Assembly (NCBI RefSeq): GCF_963537375.1
Contig: NZ_CAUTDQ010000004.1
Coordinates: 2,227 to 66,226, forward strand
Direction of reading: 5' to 3'
Origin: an uncultured Gemella sp.
GTDB lineage: Bacteria; Bacillota; Bacilli; Staphylococcales; Gemellaceae
Length of the DNA: 64,000 bases
The translations under genes and the position numbers were made by a program. The notes under the pieces are model-generated. The model had not been told where the DNA came from. It saw nothing but the letters and a program-made list of their open reading frames with translations, and did not search any database. Position 1 is the first letter of the stretch, and every line of letters starts with the position of its first letter. Of the stretch, positions 31,622 to 41,468 are shown in pieces.

Positions 31622-32518
31622 TTATAAATTAAATTTCTCTTTGATCCCTCTTATTACATCTGCCAATAGTTCCTTATTAGCAGTATCATACCAAGTTCCA
31701 TCCATTTTGTTTCTAAACCATGTTAATTGACGTTTTGCATAACGGCGTGAGTTTTGAGAGATAGTTGCAATGGTATCTTCTTTAGAAATATTATCATTAA
31801 GATACGGGATCATCTCCTTATATCCTATCGCTCCTAAAGCTTGGAGTTCTATTCCATACTCATCTATAATTTCTCTAACTTCTTGTTCTAAACCTTCTTC
31901 AAACATCAGCTCAACTCGCTTATTAATACGACTATATAGAACTTCCCTATCGGTATTAAGAACTATTAAAAATGGATTATAGCAATCAAGAACAGTATCC
32001 CCATTGTTGTTAGTCGTTACAGATTTTTTTTCATTCATCACATAATTATATGCATTGATTACACGACGATGATTTTCTAGATCGATCGAATTATATGTGT
32101 CTGGATAGTTTTCTTTTAGATACTCTCTGGCCATATCAACATCAATGTCATAAGTTTTTTCCTCTAAATCAGTAAACTCATAATTATTTAGAACAGCATT
32201 CATATAAAAACCAGTTCCTCCGATTAATAAAGGCATCTTACCACGACAATGTATTTCCTCTATTTTCTTACGTGCTAGTTTTTGAAAATCATAGACAGAA
32301 CAAGTATCAGTAGGCTCTAGTTCGTCAATTAAATGATGATCTATTCCATCCATCTCTTCTTTTTTTACCTTTGCAGAACCAATATCAAACTTCTTATAAA
32401 TTTGAACACTATCTACAGAAATTATTTCACAGTTGAACTTTTTTGCTAGTTCTATACTAAGTGCTGTTTTCCCAACTGCAGTAGGTCCTACTATAGCTAT
32501 TAAAGGTATTTTTTCCAT
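31622..32518 (-). CDS. miaA: tRNA dimethylallyltransferase
   Basis: GPTAVGKT, DSVQIY, GGTGFY, YAKRQLTWFR. Confidence 0.97.
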   Translation of the reverse strand: MEKIPLIAIVGPTAVGKTALSIELAKKFNCEIISVDSVQIYKKFDIGSAKVKKEEMDGIDHHLIDELEPTDTCSVYDFQKLARKKIEEIHCRGKMPLLIGGTGFYMNAVLNNYEFTDLEEKTYDIDVDMAREYLKENYPDTYNSIDLENHRRVINAYNYVMNEKKSVTTNNNGDTVLDCYNPFLIVLNTDREVLYSRINKRVELMFEEGLEQEVREIIDEYGIELQALGAIGYKEMIPYLNDNISKEDTIATISQNSRRYAKRQLTWFRNKMDGTWYDTANKELLADVIRGIKEKFNL

Positions 32519-32526
32519 CTTACCTC

Positions 32527-34650
32527 CTACACTATACGCTTAAACATTTTTTCTAAATCTTTTTTCTCCATTTTTGTGATTATCGGACGTCCATGTGGAC
32601 ACGTAAACGGATTCTTACATTCATAAAGATCACTTATAACCTTATTCATCTCTACATCAGTAAGTACTTGATTCGCTTTTATAGACATTTTACAACTCGC
32701 CATTGCAATTGCATCATTTCTTAATTCGTTGAAAGTTATATTATTATTTCTAAGGACCTTCTCAACAATAATTTTTATCATTTGTTCTTCGTCTTCTTCT
32801 ATCCAACCAGGAAATTCACGAACAACATAAGAATTATCCCCAAACTCCTCAAATACAATACCAAGTTCTTCAAATTTTTCTAAATTATTACGAACTTCAG
32901 CCGCTTCATCTACAGAAAAATCAAACATAAGCGGTATTAACATCTGCTTTTTATAATTCTTTCTTTCAATAAATTCACGTTGTAATTTCTCATAATTATA
33001 TCTTTCTGCAGCTGCGTGCTGATCTATTAGAAATAACTTATTATCCGCTTCTGATAAGATATATGTTTTAAAGATTTGGGCTAATACTTTTAAGTCTGGT
33101 AGAGTTCTAACTTTTGTATCATCATCTTGGACGATTTTAGCATCTTTAATTTCATTAAAGTGACTGTCATCTTTTACTACATTAGAAACTACTTCTTCAG
33201 TACAATTATCATAACTCGCATTATCTTCTTTTTTAGAAAAATTCATGAAGTTCTCTATTTCTTTTTTAGTCGGCTTATCACCGTACTTGTTTCTATTATC
33301 GCGAGGATGTGAACTATAACTTAAATCCGGTAAGTCGCTCTTAATTCTTTGAGTTTTACTTCTTTGATTAAATGTGTTTTCTTTACTTTGTACTGAAGTT
33401 TTTTCTTCGCTAGAGCCCGTCAATAAATCTCCTCCGAAAAGAAACTCATCTTCTTGAATGACATAATTTGTTGATTCTTCTCGGTTATCAGAAATACTAC
33501 TGTCATCTTTAGAATTTACTTCAGATACTTTTAACTCTCCTGAGAAGCTATTCTCATCTTGAACATTTCCAAACTTATTATCAAGTTCATCTAAGAAATT
33601 TATTTTTTCAATTTTTGCTTTTTCTTTTTTCGTAAGAACATTATTCATTCCTTGTGGAATATACGTATAATTACTTAATCTTTCAGCGATAACTTCTTTA
33701 ATTAAACGTATTAACTCCGCTTCTTTCGATAATCTTACTTCTTGCTTAGTTGGATGCACGTTAACATCTAATAAAATTGGATCCATTTCGATATTAATTA
33801 CACATAATGGATACCTATTAATCATTAAAAGTGTTCCATACGCATCGATTATAGCATTTTGAATTCCATAATTCTTTATATAACGACCATTAATAAAAAT
33901 ATTTATATAGTTTTTACTAGCTCTCGTCTCTTCAGGAACAGAAATATAACCAAATACTTTATAATCATCGTTACTACCACTGAATTCAATCATATTTCTA
34001 GCAACACCCATATTATAGATTTTAGATAAAATCTTATGAACATCACCATCACCGTATGTTTTAAAGGTAAGCTTACCATCTACATGAAGTTCGAAAGCTA
34101 CATTAGGATAAGACAAGGCAAACTTATGAATAATATTAGTAATATTAGCTTGTTCTGTATGAGGATTACGTAAATATTTTAATCTTGCTGGTGTATTGTA
34201 GAATAAATTTTCTACACTTAAATCAGTTCCTTTAATAGGAGCGTAATATTCCTCAGAAACTACTTTTCCACCTTCAAGAACTAACATTTTTCCTTGCGCT
34301 TCTCCTGCACAACTCTTAATTACTACTTTACTCACAGATGAAATACTCGCTAATGCCTCACCTCTAAAACCTAGCGTTTCTATGTGAAATAAATCATAGT
34401 CAGCACTTATTTTACTAGTTGCATGACGTAAAAATGCTCGTGCCAAATCATCATTAGAAATACCACTACCATTATCAATAATTCTAATTTGTTGAATACC
34501 AAATTCTTTAATTATAACTTTAATATTAGTACTCCCTGCATCTATTGAGTTTTCCACAAGTTCTTTAACAACAGAAGAAGGTCTTTCGACAACTTCTCCT
34601 GCTGCTATTTTATTAGATAATTCCGCAGATAATATATTTATTTTTCCCAT
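32527..34650 (-). CDS. mutL: DNA mismatch repair endonuclease MutL
   Basis: IAAGEVVERP, GFRGEAL, DQHAAAER, CPHGRP. Confidence 0.97.
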   Translation of the reverse strand: MGKINILSAELSNKIAAGEVVERPSSVVKELVENSIDAGSTNIKVIIKEFGIQQIRIIDNGSGISNDDLARAFLRHATSKISADYDLFHIETLGFRGEALASISSVSKVVIKSCAGEAQGKMLVLEGGKVVSEEYYAPIKGTDLSVENLFYNTPARLKYLRNPHTEQANITNIIHKFALSYPNVAFELHVDGKLTFKTYGDGDVHKILSKIYNMGVARNMIEFSGSNDDYKVFGYISVPEETRASKNYINIFINGRYIKNYGIQNAIIDAYGTLLMINRYPLCVINIEMDPILLDVNVHPTKQEVRLSKEAELIRLIKEVIAERLSNYTYIPQGMNNVLTKKEKAKIEKINFLDELDNKFGNVQDENSFSGELKVSEVNSKDDSSISDNREESTNYVIQEDEFLFGGDLLTGSSEEKTSVQSKENTFNQRSKTQRIKSDLPDLSYSSHPRDNRNKYGDKPTKKEIENFMNFSKKEDNASYDNCTEEVVSNVVKDDSHFNEIKDAKIVQDDDTKVRTLPDLKVLAQIFKTYILSEADNKLFLIDQHAAAERYNYEKLQREFIERKNYKKQMLIPLMFDFSVDEAAEVRNNLEKFEELGIVFEEFGDNSYVVREFPGWIEEDEEQMIKIIVEKVLRNNNITFNELRNDAIAMASCKMSIKANQVLTDVEMNKVISDLYECKNPFTCPHGRPIITKMEKKDLEKMFKRIV

Positions 34651-34655
34651 TTAAT

Positions 34656-37418
34656 TTATTTCACATCCTCACTTATTTTTCGTTGTAATTCATAAAGAAG
34701 ATTGAACGCCTGCATTGGAGTAGTTTCTAAGAAGTTTACACTTTCTAATTGTTTTTTGATTTCATCAAATTTCTCATTATCTCCATCGAAATCCAATTGT
34801 AATTTCGCATAATTTTTCTTCGATATCTCTTCAGCTTTTAGTTGTTTTCTAATAGTTTTCTCTAATTCTTCTTTAAGTTCTCTTTCAAGTTCTTGACGGA
34901 GCTTCGTTCTTAAAGCTTCCTCGTCCACTTTTACAACATCTTCTTTAACCACTCTGCTACTGTATTCTTCTTCTAGTTCAGAACGAATTTTCGCTCTTAG
35001 TTTTTCCTCAGATTCTTGTGATGAAGCATCATTTAATAATACTTTGTTATATCTAGCATTATCAACAAGGTCCTCACTACCTTTATTACCACTTTCTAAT
35101 TCTCTTAAAATTTTATTAGCACCTACGATAACATCTTCCGGTAAATGAGCAAGTTGAGCTACATGGATACCATAACTCTTCTCGATAGGTCCTTCATTAA
35201 TTTTATATAAGAAAATTAATTTTCCATGATCTTCTTTTGCAGAGACGTGAATATTCTTTATTCCCTGGGTAATATTTTCTAATTTTGTAAGCTCATGATA
35301 GTGAGTTGAGAATAATGTTTTACACTTAATAGTATTATTAATGTATTCTAATATTGATTGAGCTAAGGCAATACCGTCATATGTCGATGTACCACGACCA
35401 ATTTCATCAAAAATTAATAATGAATTTGCAGTAGATTCAACTAAAGCGTTCTTCGCCTCAATCATCTCAACCATAAACGTCGATTTACCACCAGCTAAAT
35501 CATCACTCGCACCTATTCTCGTAAATATTTTATCAAAAATCGGTAAATTCGCAGAAGTCGCTGGAACGAAAGATCCTATTTGTGCAAGAATCACTATAAG
35601 AGCGAGTTGTCTCATGTAAGTAGATTTACCAGACATATTAGGCCCTGTAATAAGCAAGATATTATTATCTTTGTCTACTTTACAATCATTACTAATATAA
35701 CTATCCGCACTCACATTTCTCTCAACAATCGGGTGACGTCCATCAACAATATCGATAATATTATTATCATTGAACTCAGGTTTCATATAACCATATTCTT
35801 CCGCTACATCAGATAATGAAACAAAAACATCAATATCACTCAAAGTATTCGCTACTCTCTGCAATCTTACAATATAATTATGAATTTTCGTCTTAACTTC
35901 TTGGAATAATTGTAATTCTAATTCTTCTATTTTTGCTTTAGAATTTACGATATGTTCTTCAACTTTTTTCAATTCTTCAGATACGAATCTTTCACAGTTA
36001 GAAAGTGTTTGTTTCCTATGATAACCTAGTTCTGTTGGATCTATAGTTTTAAGCCCTACTTTAGATACTTCGATAAAATAACCAAAAATCTTATTGTATC
36101 CAACTTTAAGATTTTTAACCCCAGTTCTCTCTTTTTCACGTTCTTCGATTTCTAATAAAATTCTATTTCCATTCTTACTAGAATTCTTATAGCTATCTAA
36201 TTCTTCATTGAAGCCTAATTTAATTACATTTCCTTCTTTAACAGTCTGCCCAGCTTCTTCATGGATTGTCGCTTCAAGATAATCGTATAAATCTGTTAAT
36301 TCATCGATATTCTCTGCGATATCTTTTAATTTATTAGATTCAAATCCTAATAACAATTTCTTAATTTCTGGTATTTGAGCTAATGTTTTCTTTAGATTTA
36401 ATAATTCCTTAGGACTTACTATATTATAAGAAACTTTTGTAGAAATTCTCTCAAGATCATACACTTCTTTCAAACTAGTTTTCACATCAGCTTTTTCAAA
36501 ATAATGTTTAGTAAAATCTTCTACAATTTCCTGACGTTTTTTAATTTCTTTAAGATCTAATAATGGATTTTCTAACCATTTTTTTAGTTTCCTTGAACCC
36601 GCAGCTGTTGATGTTTTATCTACAATACTAAGAAGTGAACCTTTCTTCCCACCATTAGCCATATTTTGAGTAACTTCTAAGTTTTTTAACGAGTAGTTCG
36701 TCATATAAACAAACTTATCTTTAAAATATACTTCAAAATCTTTAAGGCTTGAAATATCCTTATTTTGAGTTTTTTCAATATAATCTAAAAGAACATCACA
36801 AGCAACACGAAGATTACTATCAGTAAGATTACTTGTTTTTTCCTTAGTAATATCATTAGTTAATTTAACTTCAGTAATATAAGCACTAATATCCAACTCT
36901 TGATCTTTTATGCTAATTACTTCTTTAATATTATTTTTTAGTACTTCATCTTGCAGATCAGCCATAGTTTTTAGTACAGTACAACGGCTATCCCCCGTCA
37001 TAATGTCACAAAAAGCGAAGTAAATATTATTATCCTTTACATATGCACTACCTAAGTAATTGTTCTCATCGTAGTTTTTATAGTTCATGTAAGTTCCAGG
37101 TGTGATTACTTGAACTACCTTACGTTCTACGATTTTTCCTTGACCAGGTTCTGAAACTTGTTCACATATAGCTACTTTATAGCCGTTATTAACTAAAGTA
37201 TCAATGTAAGTAGCTGATGAATGAAATGGAACTCCACACATAGGAATTTTTTCAGCTCCTCCATCACGAGCAGTTAGAGTTATTTCTAATATTTTTGACG
37301 CTCTAGTCGCATCTTCAAAGAACATCTCATAAAAATCACCAAGACGGTAAAATAAAAACATGTCCTGATAATCTTTTTTTATCTTCAGATATTGTTCTAT
37401 CATTGGAGTATATTTCAT
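34656..37418 (-). CDS. mutS: DNA mismatch repair protein MutS
   Basis: TPM..QY, GDFYEMF, GPNMSGKST, DEIGRGTST. Confidence 0.97.
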   Translation of the reverse strand: MKYTPMIEQYLKIKKDYQDMFLFYRLGDFYEMFFEDATRASKILEITLTARDGGAEKIPMCGVPFHSSATYIDTLVNNGYKVAICEQVSEPGQGKIVERKVVQVITPGTYMNYKNYDENNYLGSAYVKDNNIYFAFCDIMTGDSRCTVLKTMADLQDEVLKNNIKEVISIKDQELDISAYITEVKLTNDITKEKTSNLTDSNLRVACDVLLDYIEKTQNKDISSLKDFEVYFKDKFVYMTNYSLKNLEVTQNMANGGKKGSLLSIVDKTSTAAGSRKLKKWLENPLLDLKEIKKRQEIVEDFTKHYFEKADVKTSLKEVYDLERISTKVSYNIVSPKELLNLKKTLAQIPEIKKLLLGFESNKLKDIAENIDELTDLYDYLEATIHEEAGQTVKEGNVIKLGFNEELDSYKNSSKNGNRILLEIEEREKERTGVKNLKVGYNKIFGYFIEVSKVGLKTIDPTELGYHRKQTLSNCERFVSEELKKVEEHIVNSKAKIEELELQLFQEVKTKIHNYIVRLQRVANTLSDIDVFVSLSDVAEEYGYMKPEFNDNNIIDIVDGRHPIVERNVSADSYISNDCKVDKDNNILLITGPNMSGKSTYMRQLALIVILAQIGSFVPATSANLPIFDKIFTRIGASDDLAGGKSTFMVEMIEAKNALVESTANSLLIFDEIGRGTSTYDGIALAQSILEYINNTIKCKTLFSTHYHELTKLENITQGIKNIHVSAKEDHGKLIFLYKINEGPIEKSYGIHVAQLAHLPEDVIVGANKILRELESGNKGSEDLVDNARYNKVLLNDASSQESEEKLRAKIRSELEEEYSSRVVKEDVVKVDEEALRTKLRQELERELKEELEKTIRKQLKAEEISKKNYAKLQLDFDGDNEKFDEIKKQLESVNFLETTPMQAFNLLYELQRKISEDVK

Positions 37419-37520
37419 CTCAAAAGTTCCTTTCTCTTTATTTCTTCCTTGTATTTATAACATATATAATTTTAGCATAAAACGTTATTTTTTAGTAGTG
37501 TGACATGTGACAAAACACAT

Positions 37521-37567
37521 AAAAAAGAGTTATCCAGTAACAAATTGCTTACTAACGTAACTCTTTT
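37521..37567. terminator. intrinsic terminator-like hairpin downstream of the gene remnant
   Basis: AAAAGAGTTA...TAACTCTTTT inverted repeat. Confidence 0.55.
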
Positions 37568-37597
37568 ATTATTTATTCTTATAAATTTAGTATACAA

Positions 37598-37900
37598 TTA
37601 TTTTTTCTTTCTTAATATCAATATTACTATAAGAGGATGATAACTGATAATACTTCCATTCCCCTCAGTTAAAAGTCCAGTATTTTCTAAAGGTTTATTT
37701 AAAACATTATTATCATTATTTTCTGATTTATTCAATTTAGATTTATTTTCATATTAATCAATAAGCCCTAGCTTTTCTCTTTTAACATCTTCGTTCGATA
37801 CTTCAACTTCACCATCAATATTATATATATCTTCTAGTTTAATATCATAACCAAATTCATATTGTAGATTCCTATTAAGTTGCGTATATCCCTTCAATAT
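37598..37900 (-). pseudogene. 3' remnant of a sortase-anchored surface protein gene
   Basis: Frame reads ...KREKLGLID*YENKSK...NKPLENTGLLTEGNGSIISYHPLIVILILRKKK*; LxNTG motif, hydrophobic run and basic tail; internal TAA at 37756-37754; no start or signal peptide. Confidence 0.7.
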
Positions 37901-37928
37901 TGTATAATTACATCAAAGGAGTTGACTT

Positions 37929-39212
37929 ATGTTAAATTTCATAAAAAATAAAACAAATTTATCAATATTGATATTTTATTTTATATTTAGCTTTTCTAGT
38001 TTACTATTTATACTATTAGCTGAATATAACAACAATAAAACACCAACACTATTTCTAAAACAATTTGTTTTTTACTTAATTGGTTTTGGAATAATATATC
38101 TACTGCAAAAGATACCAATAAATTATATCGAAAAGTTTTCAATAGCATTTTATTTATTTGCTTTGGTTCTTTTAGTTGGAATATTCTTAGTTCCACCTAC
38201 TCTTGCCCCAATTGTTAATGGTGCTCGTAGTTGGTATAACTTTAGAATATTTACCTTACAACCTTCAGAATTTAGTAAAATAGCTACTGTAGCAATGATA
38301 AGTATGCTTATTAAAGAAAAGAGTTTTAAAGAAAACACAGATACAATTAAACTTTTAAAAATAGCTTTAATAATTTCTATACCTTTTATACTAGTCCTAA
38401 AAGAAAATGACTTAGGGAATGGATTATTTTTCATCTTTTTATTCCTAGGATTAGTCTTCTTGGTTTGTAACAAAGGTAAAACGTTATTTAGAATTTATTC
38501 AGTAGTTATAGCAGGACTAGCAATTATTATTCTAGCTGCTTTATACTTCCCGAGATTACTTAGCTTGGTTGGTTTAAAATCTTATCAGCTAAATCGTATT
38601 CTATCATGGCTAAATCCTGAAGCATATAAGTTAGATTATTCTTATCAAATTACTCAAGTACTTAGAGAGATTAAACTAGGTGGATTAACTGGTACATTTG
38701 TTAAGAATAAAAACTATATAGATGAACAATTTAATGATTTTATTTTCTCTATAATCGCAAAGAACTTTGGATTTATAGGTGCAGCAATATTCTTATTTAT
38801 CTTCTTCATCTTTATTCTGAGACTATTTAATATTATGAAAAAATGTGAACAAGGTAACTATAGTTACTATTTCATTCTTCTTAGTGTTTGTAGCTTTTGC
38901 TTTTCATTTTTCGTCAATATATTCTCAACACTAAGCATTATTCCAGTTATCGGTATTAGTATGCCGTTTATTAGTTATGGTGGTAGTTCACTTATCGCTA
39001 ATAGCATCCTGTTTGGTATTATTATAAAAATTCATGCAACAATACACGAAGAATATATGGAAGATGAATACTATGATAACTACGAAGAAGATTATGATGA
39101 GGTTCAACATGAAGAAGATTATGATCCTTTAGAACCTGTATACGAAAATAACAACAATAGGTATTATGAAGAAGAACCTCAACAATTTCGTCGAAGTAAA
39201 AGAAAAAGATAA
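37929..39212 (+). CDS. SEDS family peptidoglycan glycosyltransferase (RodA/FtsW)
   Basis: NGARSW, QPSEFSK, DFIFS, PFISYGGSS. Confidence 0.92.
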   Translation: MLNFIKNKTNLSILIFYFIFSFSSLLFILLAEYNNNKTPTLFLKQFVFYLIGFGIIYLLQKIPINYIEKFSIAFYLFALVLLVGIFLVPPTLAPIVNGARSWYNFRIFTLQPSEFSKIATVAMISMLIKEKSFKENTDTIKLLKIALIISIPFILVLKENDLGNGLFFIFLFLGLVFLVCNKGKTLFRIYSVVIAGLAIIILAALYFPRLLSLVGLKSYQLNRILSWLNPEAYKLDYSYQITQVLREIKLGGLTGTFVKNKNYIDEQFNDFIFSIIAKNFGFIGAAIFLFIFFIFILRLFNIMKKCEQGNYSYYFILLSVCSFCFSFFVNIFSTLSIIPVIGISMPFISYGGSSLIANSILFGIIIKIHATIHEEYMEDEYYDNYEEDYDEVQHEEDYDPLEPVYENNNNRYYEEEPQQFRRSKRKR

Positions 39213-39250
39213 AAAATGTGGATAGAAAAAATTTCTATCCACATTTTTTT
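39211..39250. terminator. bidirectional intrinsic terminator
   Basis: AAAAAATGTGGATAGAAA/TTTCTATCCACATTTTTT perfect inverted repeat. Confidence 0.85.
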
Positions 39251-40310
39251 ATTTTCTTATATCTTCAATGAACTTATCATCGATAGTTTCAATTAGTTTC
39301 CCTAAAATTGCTTTAGCAGCATAATAATCACGAATATCAAATACTGCATTATGAGTATGAATATAACGAGCACAAATACCAATTACAGTAGTTGGAACTC
39401 CATTTAAAGCTTGATGAATGTTACCCGCATCTGTTCCACCTGGTGAAGTGAAGTATTGATACTTAATTCCATTTTCTTCTGCAAGAGCTACGATTTTTTC
39501 TCTCATATTTGCACGAAGAACCATAGTTCTATCTACTAATCTTACTAAGAAACCTTGTCCTAATCGACCATTACTAGTTTCTTTTCCATCCATATCATTT
39601 GCTGGACTACAGTCTACAACAAAACATACATCTGGTTTAATCATATTAGCAGCGATAGTTGCACCACGAAGACCTACTTCTTCTTGAACGGTAGCACACA
39701 CTACTAAATTAAAATCCAACTCTTTTTCTGCAAATTGTTCTAAAATTTCTGTAATAATTACACATCCATAACGATTATCGACAGCCTTACTCATAAATCT
39801 GTGTTCAGTAAGTTGTTCAAAAGTTGTTTTTGGAGTAACAAAAGCACCTTCACGAATTCCCATCGCTAATGCTTCTTCTCTTGATGAAGCACCAACATCG
39901 ATAGTCATATCACTAATTTTTACATTTTGTGCTACACCTGCAGTAAAGTGTTTAGGAATAGATCCAATTACACCAGTGAATTTTTTCCCTTCATATGAAG
40001 TTACTGTATATGTTTGAGCTAAAAGAACATCTTCTCTAAAACCACCAAGCGTTTCAAACTTAAGCATACCATTTGGTAATACCTTAGTCACGATGAATCC
40101 AACTTCATCCATATGCGCTGAAATCATAACAGTTTTAGCATCTTCTTTTTTTGATTTCTTAATAGCATAGATTCCACCAAGATTATCATATTTAATTTCA
40201 TCAGCATATTTAGATAAATTTTCTTCTAAATATTTTGAAATTTCACTTTCAAATCCTGATGTCCCGTCTAACATTGTTAATTCTCTGAATCTTTCTATTG
40301 ATTTACTCAT
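39249..40310 (-). CDS. pepA: M42 family (glutamyl) aminopeptidase
   Basis: AHMDEVG, KAVDNRYG, QEEVGLRGA, GGTDAG, RYIH. Confidence 0.9.
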   Translation of the reverse strand: MSKSIERFRELTMLDGTSGFESEISKYLEENLSKYADEIKYDNLGGIYAIKKSKKEDAKTVMISAHMDEVGFIVTKVLPNGMLKFETLGGFREDVLLAQTYTVTSYEGKKFTGVIGSIPKHFTAGVAQNVKISDMTIDVGASSREEALAMGIREGAFVTPKTTFEQLTEHRFMSKAVDNRYGCVIITEILEQFAEKELDFNLVVCATVQEEVGLRGATIAANMIKPDVCFVVDCSPANDMDGKETSNGRLGQGFLVRLVDRTMVLRANMREKIVALAEENGIKYQYFTSPGGTDAGNIHQALNGVPTTVIGICARYIHTHNAVFDIRDYYAAKAILGKLIETIDDKFIEDIRK

Positions 40311-40314
40311 TTTC

Positions 40315-40584
40315 TTATACCTCTTTTATGTACTCTATTATTTCCGTTTCTTTATCATATCGAACTTCGTACTTGATATTGTCGTTATCAAAATAAAACA
40401 TTAAGTATGGATTCTCTTTTAGATTCAACGTATAACTATCAATCACATCATAACCTAATGCAATTAGTTTATTTCTACATCTATCTATATGATCGTTATC
40501 TAACTCTTGTTCCTCTGTTTTTTGATATATACGATATCCAGCATAAGCTGCTACTAATGGAACTAGTATTTTTCTAAATTTCAT
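40315..40584 (-). CDS. small membrane-anchored protein (YtzB/PepSY-like by position)
   Basis: N-terminal anchor, 89 aa, directly upstream of the M42 peptidase. Confidence 0.6.
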   Translation of the reverse strand: MKFRKILVPLVAAYAGYRIYQKTEEQELDNDHIDRCRNKLIALGYDVIDSYTLNLKENPYLMFYFDNDNIKYEVRYDKETEIIEYIKEV

Positions 40585-40594
40585 ATTTTACCTC

Positions 40595-41467
40595 TTATCT
40601 GAATTCATCACATAACGAGTTAAATAATTCCTCACTAAATTCTAAATTCTGATGAGCAATTGGTTCATCTCGTTTATAATTACGTAAAGTATCTTCATAA
40701 TGAGGTTTTTTATCATTTTTATAAATTACCCCTGTTACAAGGTCATTGTACTCTTCTAATACTCTATACGCTTCCAATTTATTAGTATTGTCATAACCTT
40801 CGATGTCAGAAAGTTTAGTTAAGTTTTCTTTATACCAAGCCGGTGTATTTTTGTAGTTATAAGTTTTACATGGGCTAAATACGTTAACTAGTGAGAAGCC
40901 ATCATGGTTAACAGCTTCTTCGAAAATCTGCATCATCTCTTTCATATCACCAGTAAATGCTTGTGCTAAAAACGTTACTTCACAAGATAAGGCAATTTTC
41001 ATCGCTGATAAAGGTTTTTCCATTACTCCTTCTAAAGTTGTAGTCGTTACTAAACCTTCATCAGACTTAGGAGACATTTGACCTTTAGTTAAGGCATAAA
41101 GTTGGTTATCCATTACTACGTAAGTCATATTAACATTACGTTTCATAGCATGAACTGCATGACCAATACCGATAGCATATCCGTCACCATCTCCACCCAT
41201 TGCAAAAACTGTTAAATCTTGGTTTGCTAATTTAATACCTTGTGCAATTGGTAATGAACGTCCATGTAATCCTTGTACACCATATGCTTTTGTATATCCA
41301 CTAATTTTACCAGAACATCCAATCCCTGCAGAAATTACAACATTCTCTGGTTTAATCCCTAGGTTAACTACAGCTCTATTTATACCCGCAAGTACCGAGA
41401 AGTCTCCACAACCGGCACACCAATCGGGCTTAACATCATTTTTATAATCTTTTAATGTTACTTTCAA
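40595..41467 (-). CDS. 2-oxoacid:ferredoxin oxidoreductase beta subunit
   Basis: WCAGCGD, GIGCS, HGR, GGDGD TPP motif, SPC. Confidence 0.93.
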   Translation of the reverse strand: MKVTLKDYKNDVKPDWCAGCGDFSVLAGINRAVVNLGIKPENVVISAGIGCSGKISGYTKAYGVQGLHGRSLPIAQGIKLANQDLTVFAMGGDGDGYAIGIGHAVHAMKRNVNMTYVVMDNQLYALTKGQMSPKSDEGLVTTTTLEGVMEKPLSAMKIALSCEVTFLAQAFTGDMKEMMQIFEEAVNHDGFSLVNVFSPCKTYNYKNTPAWYKENLTKLSDIEGYDNTNKLEAYRVLEEYNDLVTGVIYKNDKKPHYEDTLRNYKRDEPIAHQNLEFSEELFNSLCDEFR

Positions 41468-41468
41468 A

